Shown here: in pieces, positions 57,298-64,000 of the stretch
Layout of the letters: every line of letters starts with the position of its first letter
Numbering within the stretch: the first letter of the stretch is position 1
Assembly: GCA_040389905.1 (NCBI GenBank)
Contig: JAZJZK010000018.1
Location: 1 to 64,000, forward strand
Direction of reading: 5' to 3'
Length of the DNA: 64,000 nucleotides
DNA from: Gemmatimonadota bacterium
GTDB lineage: Bacteria; Gemmatimonadota; Gemmatimonadetes; Gemmatimonadales; Gemmatimonadaceae
Made by a program: the position numbers and the translations under genes
The notes under the pieces: model-generated
Seen by the model: only the letters and a program-made list of their open reading frames with translations
Database searches by the model: none
What the model was told of the DNA's origin: nothing

Positions 57298-58665
57298 ATG
57301 ACTGCGCCCTTCCTTGCCCTGCTGTCACTCCTCGCGATCACGGCCACGCTCGCTGCGGTCCGGTGGCGTCGCGCGCTTTTCATGGCGCTTCCATTTCTCG
57401 TGGCCATGAACGGCGTGCCGATCCGCGCTGGTGGACTCTCCATACGACTGGACCAGGTGGCGGCCAGCTTGCTGTCCATTGCCCTCGCGTGTGAACTCCT
57501 CTCCGGCAAGCGGACACTTCGGCTCGACGCAACGACATGGTATCTCGCCGCCATCCTCGCGGTGAATGTCGTCGCGAGCGCGTTGCATTCCCCGGCCTTC
57601 GGGTACAGCCTCGCGCAGTGCGCGAATCTGGCTTCGGCATGGATCACGTATCCGATCGTCATCATGTATCTGGATTCGCCGGAGGAGCTGGAGCTGTTCT
57701 TCACACGGTGTATGTGGGCCGGGTTTGCTGCAACCACCGCCGGCGTCGCCGCGTTCGTTCTTGGTGTCGCGGGTGTTCCGGTCGGCGGCGCGGAAGTCAG
57801 CACGCGCGCGGCCGAGTCGTTCGCGGTGCCGTATGGTGCGTTCGGCACGATGGTCGAACCGAACATCTTCGGGAGCTACGCTGGCGCATATCTCCTGCTG
57901 GCGACAGCGATGTTCATGGTGAAGTCAGCGGATGAGACGCCTCGAAGGGAACGACTGCTGTATGCGCTCGCCTGTTCGTCGGCGCTTGCGCTCGTGGTCT
58001 CGTTCACGCGATCCGCGTGGCTCGCGGTGGTGGTCGCCGCGCTCATCGTGCTGGTGCCCTCGGCGCGACGTCTTGGCTTTCGCGCGCACCGGCTCATCGC
58101 GCCCGCCATCGCCCTGGTCGTTTGCCTCATTGTGCTTCTCCTGCTGCCGGGGGACGCGGGTGCATTTTTTCGCTTCAAGGCGATGAATCTCGTGAACATC
58201 GCTTCTCCAACCGCCGCGACACGTGTGGTCATCTTCGCCCTCGCGCTCCAGCAAAGCGCCGCACATCCAATCATCGGATGGGGCACGTTCACGTTCGCGG
58301 CAATCGTTGCCGAGGGCGCCGATTTCGCCCGCTACGAAGGGTGGCGCAATCTCTGGGTGGGAAACTATCTGCTGCTTGCGCTCCATGACACGGGTGTGAT
58401 CGGCCTCGGTCTGTGGATCGGAATGCTCTCGTCGATCGTCGCTCCGGGGTTCCGCGCCGTTCGGCGGCTGTCGGAGACCAATCCCGTGCTCGCGCGGCGC
58501 GCGCTCGCGCTGCTGGCATCGATCGCCAGCCTCCTCGTCGCCTATCTTTCGACGAGCGCGTTCACGCTGGCCTTCTTCTGGCTGATCGCCGGAGTCCTTG
58601 CCGCGCACGGCCGGCTCGCCAACCGGCTGGCGTCCCCAGCGCCCGCCGTGACAGACTCCGAATGA
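57298..58665 (+). CDS. O-antigen ligase/Wzy polymerase family protein
   Basis: GTMVEPNIFG, SFTRSAW, HPIIGWG, DTGVIG. Confidence 0.78.
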   Translation: MTAPFLALLSLLAITATLAAVRWRRALFMALPFLVAMNGVPIRAGGLSIRLDQVAASLLSIALACELLSGKRTLRLDATTWYLAAILAVNVVASALHSPAFGYSLAQCANLASAWITYPIVIMYLDSPEELELFFTRCMWAGFAATTAGVAAFVLGVAGVPVGGAEVSTRAAESFAVPYGAFGTMVEPNIFGSYAGAYLLLATAMFMVKSADETPRRERLLYALACSSALALVVSFTRSAWLAVVVAALIVLVPSARRLGFRAHRLIAPAIALVVCLIVLLLLPGDAGAFFRFKAMNLVNIASPTAATRVVIFALALQQSAAHPIIGWGTFTFAAIVAEGADFARYEGWRNLWVGNYLLLALHDTGVIGLGLWIGMLSSIVAPGFRAVRRLSETNPVLARRALALLASIASLLVAYLSTSAFTLAFFWLIAGVLAAHGRLANRLASPAPAVTDSE

Positions 58666-59834
58666 TTCACATGCGCAGCCGCCTCAAGCGCTTGGCTGCG
58701 CTGATCGCCGACGGCCTCCTCTCGGCGGTGGGGCCTGCGCTGTGGCCACGGATACCAACGCGCGCACTCCCGTCGTCGCCGCGAGTGCTGCTCATTCGCT
58801 GCGATCACATCGGCGACGCCGCGATGGCGACCGCCGTCCTGCCGTATCTGCGTGAGGTCCTCGAGCCGGAAGTGATCGATGTATTGGCCGGCCCGTGGGC
58901 GGCGGCACTCTTCGCATCGCGTGCCGAGGTCGATCGGGTCATGAGTTACGCAGCGCCGTGGTGGAGCAGCGCACGGGGCGCCGGCGTCATCGATCGAGTA
59001 AGACAGTGGGTTCGACTGCCGGGCGTCATTCGGCAGATTCGCGCCGGGCGGTACGACGTCGGCATCGATCTTCGCGGCGACTTGCGGCAGATCGTCTTCT
59101 TCCTCGGCCTCGGAGGAATCCCGATTCGCGCCGGCACCGATCGCACTGGTGGACGGAGCGTGCTGACCCACGCGTGGCCCTTCGACGCAGCGCGTCACGA
59201 TGTCGACAAGAACTTCGCGATGATCGCCATGCTCGCGGGGGCGAGCGAGAAAGCGGCGGTCCGGGTCCGACGCAACCCGCATGACGTACGTATTCCCGCC
59301 GAGCCGCCACCAATGTTGCGAGAACGATTGGCGCAACCGTCTGAGTCGCTGCGCTACATGGTCCTTGCGATGCGCGGATCGGCACCCAATCGCGCGTGGC
59401 CCGCCACGCATGCCGCGATCGTCGCTGATGGCGTCCGCGAGATGGGATTCTCGGTCGTTCTCGTTGGATCCGCAGCGGATGCGTCCTTCGCGAAGGAGGT
59501 CGGCGATGCAGCACGGCGAAGTGTCATCGACCTGACCGGACGGACCGCGATCAGTGATCTCGATGCCGTATTCACCGGTGCAACCGCGACGATTGCCGTC
59601 GATTCCGGCCCGATGCACTTGGCCTCGGCGGCAGGATGTCCGGTGATCGCGCTCTTTGGGCCCGGCGACGCGCGGACGTGTGGGCCGTGGTCAGACCGAA
59701 CGATGGTATTGCGGAGTGACGTTCCCTGTGTCTGTCGGAATCCGCAGTGTGACTTCACCAGCGGACCGGGACGCTGCATGCGGTCGATCGAGCCCGAAGC
59801 GGTGCTGACCGCCGTCAGGCAGATCGTGCGTTGA
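58662..59834 (+). CDS. Glycosyltransferase family 9
   Basis: DHIGDA, DLTGRT, DSGPMHLA.A.G.PVIALFGP; ATGA overlap. Confidence 0.85.
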   Translation: MIHMRSRLKRLAALIADGLLSAVGPALWPRIPTRALPSSPRVLLIRCDHIGDAAMATAVLPYLREVLEPEVIDVLAGPWAAALFASRAEVDRVMSYAAPWWSSARGAGVIDRVRQWVRLPGVIRQIRAGRYDVGIDLRGDLRQIVFFLGLGGIPIRAGTDRTGGRSVLTHAWPFDAARHDVDKNFAMIAMLAGASEKAAVRVRRNPHDVRIPAEPPPMLRERLAQPSESLRYMVLAMRGSAPNRAWPATHAAIVADGVREMGFSVVLVGSAADASFAKEVGDAARRSVIDLTGRTAISDLDAVFTGATATIAVDSGPMHLASAAGCPVIALFGPGDARTCGPWSDRTMVLRSDVPCVCRNPQCDFTSGPGRCMRSIEPEAVLTAVRQIVR

Positions 59835-60822
59835 CTGCCGGCGTACGCTCGCGATACAGCGCGATCGCGCAGGCGAGCGCGAATCCCAACATCGCCGCCG
59901 CGACCGAGATGACGGCCGTGTATCGGGGCATCGCGGCAACGAGGCCTTCAGGAGGGTCGAGCACCGTGATCACCGGCGTATTGCGGACCGCTTCGATGCT
60001 CGCGAGCTCGTACCGTTGGGCGACCGTGGTATAGATCTGTTGGGCCAGCGAGACGCGGCGTTGCAACTCGCTTTCGCGAGTGGCCAAGCGGGGAGAGCGC
60101 GAGAAATCGATGTTGGTGGCGCGAAATTCCGCGAGGGCATTCTCGGCGCGGCGGAGCGAATCGAGGGATCCGGCGGCACGGGTTGCGGTGAACTCGCGCT
60201 CAGCGCCTGCCTGCGTCTGACGACGGCGAAGATTGAAATCGTTGACGAGGTCGAGCAGGCGCCGCGCAACAAGGGCCGACAAACGGCGATTCTTGGTTTT
60301 CACACGAAAGCGGACGACGCCCGTTGGACGATCGACCGTGACCGAGAGGGCTCGCTTCGAAAGACGGTTCATCGCGTCGATTTCGCGATCTCCCTGTGTC
60401 TTGCCGTCGCCATCGAAGTACTCCACCAAGGTGCCGGCAAACGGCTTTCCGTCGTACTCACCCACGCTGCTCGCATCGAAGCGCGTCGTGACGATGGCGT
60501 GGAGCAGCGCATTCGACGTCAGGAGGTCGCCGTAGAACTGCGGGCCGAGCGAGGCACTCCCCGATGCGATGGCGCTGAGCGCCGGAATGCCGAGCTGGGA
60601 GGCAATCGCACTGAGGCTCCCCGCCGTCCCACTCGCCGAACTCGGCTCGGTGGAGAGGAATGCGGCGCGCGCGGCGAAGTCGCGACGCCGGAGCAGGTTC
60701 GCACCCATCGCCGTCAGGCCGAATACGAGGGGAAGGGAGATGATGAGCCGAGCGTGCCGTCGCAAAGCACGAAGGTAGCCGGACAACAGCGCCGCGCCGT
60801 CCCGCGCTTCGTCAACGCTCAT
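59815..60822 (-). CDS. Wzz/GNVR chain-length determinant
   Basis: Two terminal TMs, coiled coil, ITVLDPP. Confidence 0.75.
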   Translation of the reverse strand: MSVDEARDGAALLSGYLRALRRHARLIISLPLVFGLTAMGANLLRRRDFAARAAFLSTEPSSASGTAGSLSAIASQLGIPALSAIASGSASLGPQFYGDLLTSNALLHAIVTTRFDASSVGEYDGKPFAGTLVEYFDGDGKTQGDREIDAMNRLSKRALSVTVDRPTGVVRFRVKTKNRRLSALVARRLLDLVNDFNLRRRQTQAGAEREFTATRAAGSLDSLRRAENALAEFRATNIDFSRSPRLATRESELQRRVSLAQQIYTTVAQRYELASIEAVRNTPVITVLDPPEGLVAAMPRYTAVISVAAAMLGFALACAIALYRERTPAVNARSA

Positions 60823-63416
60823 GGACGGTACAGGATGGCGACGAGCGTCACGAGGCCGCCGATGATCTGCGCGATCACTCCGAGACGGGCGATCGTGTCC
60901 GGATGCTCTGTGGGATCCTTCTCGGTGACCATCACCGTTGCGCCGGCACGCGGCACCGGCACGTCATCAGGCCGAAGTGTTCGTGTAACAAGGCTCTCGA
61001 CGGTGCCGTCGGGCTGGGTCACGTACGATCGGCTGATTTCGGCGGAGCGACTCGGTCCGCCCGCCGCGCGTACGTAGTACAGCAGATCCGCGCCGGGGAC
61101 GTACGCAACGCCACGCGGCGCGTTCACCGCGCCCTGTACCTCGACAATCGCGGTGAACTGTGGAAGATGAATGGAATCGCCATCTTGCAGCACGAGATTG
61201 TCGCGAAACGTTGCGTCGCGAATAACCTGCGCGAGGTCGATGCCCACGCGCCCGACCCGACCAGTGCGTCGATAGAAGGCTACGCCATTCGGATATGCAC
61301 TCTGCGTAAGTCCGCCCGCGCGCGCGAGTAGGTCACTCAGCCGATCCTGTTTTCCCGTGAGCGTGTACGTACCGGGATAGCGAACCTCTCCAGTCAGCGC
61401 AACGCGGCGCGGCGGGGCCCAATCTGGTTGCGCAAGAATGAGGACGTTGTCGAAAGGACGAAGCATCACCTCGGGCCGCGCGGCGAGGGCACGGCTCGGC
61501 GTGGAGACGTTATCGCCGCTCAGCGGCATCAGATATGACGAGTCGAGACGCACGCGTACGGTTTCGGCCAGCCGTCCGCCGTCGCGCGATACTGGAAGGC
61601 GCGCGATCTCCGCTTCACCAACGTCCGCACTTTCGGTGAGTCCGCCGGCGAGTAGTATCGCGTCGCGGATCGTCATGCCTTCGCGAAAAGTGAAACGACC
61701 CGGTTTGCGGACGGCACCTGTGATCGCGAGATAGGACACGGGCCGCAGCTCGGTTACGGAAAACACGCGAATCTCATCGTCTTCGCGGAGGAGGAAGTCG
61801 TCGGTGATGCGGCCGCTACTATCGGCGAACGAGGTGCGGAGTTGCACGCGCGTGGAGTCCGAGGCGCGAAGCCGCGAAACCAACACCTGCCCGAGAAAGG
61901 CGTCCGGTTTGATGCCGCCCGCGAGTCGCACGGCATCGGAAAGACGCATGCCGGGCGTGAGTCCCACCGACCCTGGACTCCAGACGTTCCCGTTGACGGC
62001 AACGCGACGACCCACGCGACTACTGACCGCGAAGACCTGAATCACGTCTCCGGGTTCCATGGGGTATGCCGGGCCAAACCCGGAGGTGAATTGGTCGGAA
62101 GCAATATCGATGATGACCCTGGCGCGGTCCGTGGTGTCGCGTTGTGCGGGCGGAAGCACGCGAGAGATTTGCACGCGTCGCCGCACGGCATTGGCGGTGA
62201 ACCCGCCAGCGGCGCGGATCGCGTCCGCCAGCGTCTCGCCGCGACGAAGCTCGTACGTCGCAGGCCGGACCACCTCACCATGCAGCCGCACACGGGGGCC
62301 ATGCACCGGTACGAAGATCACGTCGCCTGATTGCAGTCGCGGATCGTGCGATGCATCGGCGCGCAAGAGGTAGTCGTACAGATCGAGGGTATCGACCAAC
62401 TTGTTGCCGCGCCGAATCTCGACCCTCCGCATGCTGCCCGTGCGCCGCGGTCCACCTGCGGCGTACAGCGCCGTGAGCGCGGTACCTGCGCTCGACACGC
62501 GATAACTCCCGGGTTGGACGACGTCGCCGAGTACGACGACCTGATTCGTGTGGAGGCGTGCGAGGTTCAGGGAAAAGTGCGTCGTGGCGCCGGCACCGCG
62601 GTGAAGCCCGGAGAAGACCCGGCCCAGCCGTGGGTACAGAATGTCCTCGAGCTGGCCGAGTGTGAGGTTTGCGACAGCGATCTCGCCAACCCCGGGAACG
62701 ACGATGAAGCCTTCGCGGGTGACGTCGAGTGTGAACGTGCGTTCTGCATCACCCGTGATGATGAGTACGATTCGATCGCCGGCACCGAGACGGTAGCTGG
62801 CGTCGACTGGCCCGGTGAGATTTGCGTCGAACTGTGTTGTCGCGCCATCGAAGACGTTCGCGCCGAAGATAGTAAACCCGCTGTCAACAACCGGCCGCCG
62901 CGTCGCGGACAGGACGCGCGCTCCCCGAATTGGGCGTCCGAGTGAGTCGACGATGGTCTCTGCGGAGTCGCTCAAGGTCAGATCGAGAGCAGAATCACGA
63001 CCAGCAACTGCTGCGTCCGACGCGAGGGGTCGGCGACCCTTCAGCAGCTGGCGCAATTCGGCGGTATCGCCCGAGTCGGCAATGCCCAGCGCCGCGATGG
63101 CATCGAGCACTTCAACCGACGCCGTGGTGGCGGCCGTCGAGTCACCACCGGTGCGCAGTGGACGGACATAGGCGTCGAGAAGGTTCTCGGGGTACCCGGC
63201 GTTCCGCAGCCGTGCGCGAATCTGATCGGGGGTGAGTCCACTCGACGCAAGCTCTCGGCGCACCTGCGCGACGAGGTCGGGCCGCGTCTCGAGAATGCGC
63301 CGCGCCTGATCGGGAGACGGCAGGGGCGTTTGTGCGCCCACGATCGGCGCGGCGAGCACCAGCATCGAAACGGCAATGACGCGGGCGCGCGCCACCACGC
63401 CAGAAAAGCACTTCAT
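60819..63416 (-). CDS. Polysaccharide export protein with multiple SLBB domains (Wza/KpsD-like)
   Basis: YRLGAGDRI, repeated GEV..PG.Y / AGG motifs; start uncertain. Confidence 0.85.
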   Translation of the reverse strand: MKCFSGVVARARVIAVSMLVLAAPIVGAQTPLPSPDQARRILETRPDLVAQVRRELASSGLTPDQIRARLRNAGYPENLLDAYVRPLRTGGDSTAATTASVEVLDAIAALGIADSGDTAELRQLLKGRRPLASDAAVAGRDSALDLTLSDSAETIVDSLGRPIRGARVLSATRRPVVDSGFTIFGANVFDGATTQFDANLTGPVDASYRLGAGDRIVLIITGDAERTFTLDVTREGFIVVPGVGEIAVANLTLGQLEDILYPRLGRVFSGLHRGAGATTHFSLNLARLHTNQVVVLGDVVQPGSYRVSSAGTALTALYAAGGPRRTGSMRRVEIRRGNKLVDTLDLYDYLLRADASHDPRLQSGDVIFVPVHGPRVRLHGEVVRPATYELRRGETLADAIRAAGGFTANAVRRRVQISRVLPPAQRDTTDRARVIIDIASDQFTSGFGPAYPMEPGDVIQVFAVSSRVGRRVAVNGNVWSPGSVGLTPGMRLSDAVRLAGGIKPDAFLGQVLVSRLRASDSTRVQLRTSFADSSGRITDDFLLREDDEIRVFSVTELRPVSYLAITGAVRKPGRFTFREGMTIRDAILLAGGLTESADVGEAEIARLPVSRDGGRLAETVRVRLDSSYLMPLSGDNVSTPSRALAARPEVMLRPFDNVLILAQPDWAPPRRVALTGEVRYPGTYTLTGKQDRLSDLLARAGGLTQSAYPNGVAFYRRTGRVGRVGIDLAQVIRDATFRDNLVLQDGDSIHLPQFTAIVEVQGAVNAPRGVAYVPGADLLYYVRAAGGPSRSAEISRSYVTQPDGTVESLVTRTLRPDDVPVPRAGATVMVTEKDPTEHPDTIARLGVIAQIIGGLVTLVAILYRP

Positions 63417-63512
63417 CAGCAAGTGGTTTGGCCATGAGGAAGGAGCACCGTCAATGTACGGCTGCGCATGCACCCTCGGCTAGAAACTGCGGATCGGACA
63501 AGTCGCGGAGCA

Positions 63513-64000
63513 TCATCCGGCGTTGGTTGCATTTTCGACCACCGCGTGAAGAAGGTTGAGCGCATCGGCCGGCCGCGACGTCAGCGTCAACCGCCAGCCT
63601 CCGTGAGCCGAGAGCAGTCGCGCGACATCGCGGTGGCGCTGCGGAAAACGGTCGAAGCCCGGTGCGAGTTGCTCGTGGAGCTCACGTTCAAGCACGTGTG
63701 CATCGACTCGCGCGAGTGAGGCGGTCGCTCCGCGCGCGAGCACGCACAGCGTGACGCCCGACGAGGCCATCCAAACCTGGGTGCCCGGTTGTTCGAGGGG
63801 GACCGAGACCTTCTCCGCCCCGTCCGTGATCAGTCGCGCGCGAGGAGGGCCGCCCCACACTCGCATCGTCGGGTCTTGCTGCACCCAGACGTGATCGTCG
63901 CTCAGCACCGCGATTCCCATGCGGTGCGCCATGTGTGCGAGGGTGCTCTTGCCCATGCCGCTACCACCCGCGAGCAGGATGGCGCGTTCTTCGTGAAGAA
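63513..64000 (-). CDS. HPr kinase-like P-loop protein (partial)
   Basis: AILLAGGSGMGKST, VLSDD. Confidence 0.72.
   Translation of the reverse strand, partial: LHEERAILLAGGSGMGKSTLAHMAHRMGIAVLSDDHVWVQQDPTMRVWGGPPRARLITDGAEKVSVPLEQPGTQVWMASSGVTLCVLARGATASLARVDAHVLERELHEQLAPGFDRFPQRHRDVARLLSAHGGWRLTLTSRPADALNLLHAVVENATNAG

Overview
GC-rich bacterial DNA, probably Gemmatimonadota-like (inferred from protein style only). Positions 1-49512 look like the right part of a large genomic island ending in a duplicated 3' half of tRNA-Pro(CGG) (49468-49512, attR-like) followed by a strong terminator. The island has three parts. (1) A Zn/Co/Cd resistance block (1-16.4 kb): czcCBA, a P1B-4 ATPase, two HEAT-repeat lipoproteins, lgt, nadE, ArsR/SmtB, ZIP and an L,D-transpeptidase. 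(2) A mobility/defence block (16.6-37 kb): a 1035-aa large serine recombinase; a complete Ubl-E2-JAB-E1 operon (type II Bil-like) downstream of an HTH + IrrE (CapH/CapP-like) pair with a duplicated 24-bp operator; two TA pairs; several orphan antitoxin-like genes; an xis-tyrosine integrase operon next to a hairpin-dense putative ncRNA; a degenerate ParB; and a HEPN-like protein. (3) A copper block (37.3-47.2 kb, cusCBA-like and copB), then an ECF sigma factor at the att end. After 49.6 kb lies probable core genome: an outer-membrane barrel, a nine-repeat IPT/TIG lipoprotein and a Wzx/Wzy polysaccharide locus with a nucleotidyltransferase and an HPr-kinase-like gene. All calls come from motifs read by eye; no searches were run.
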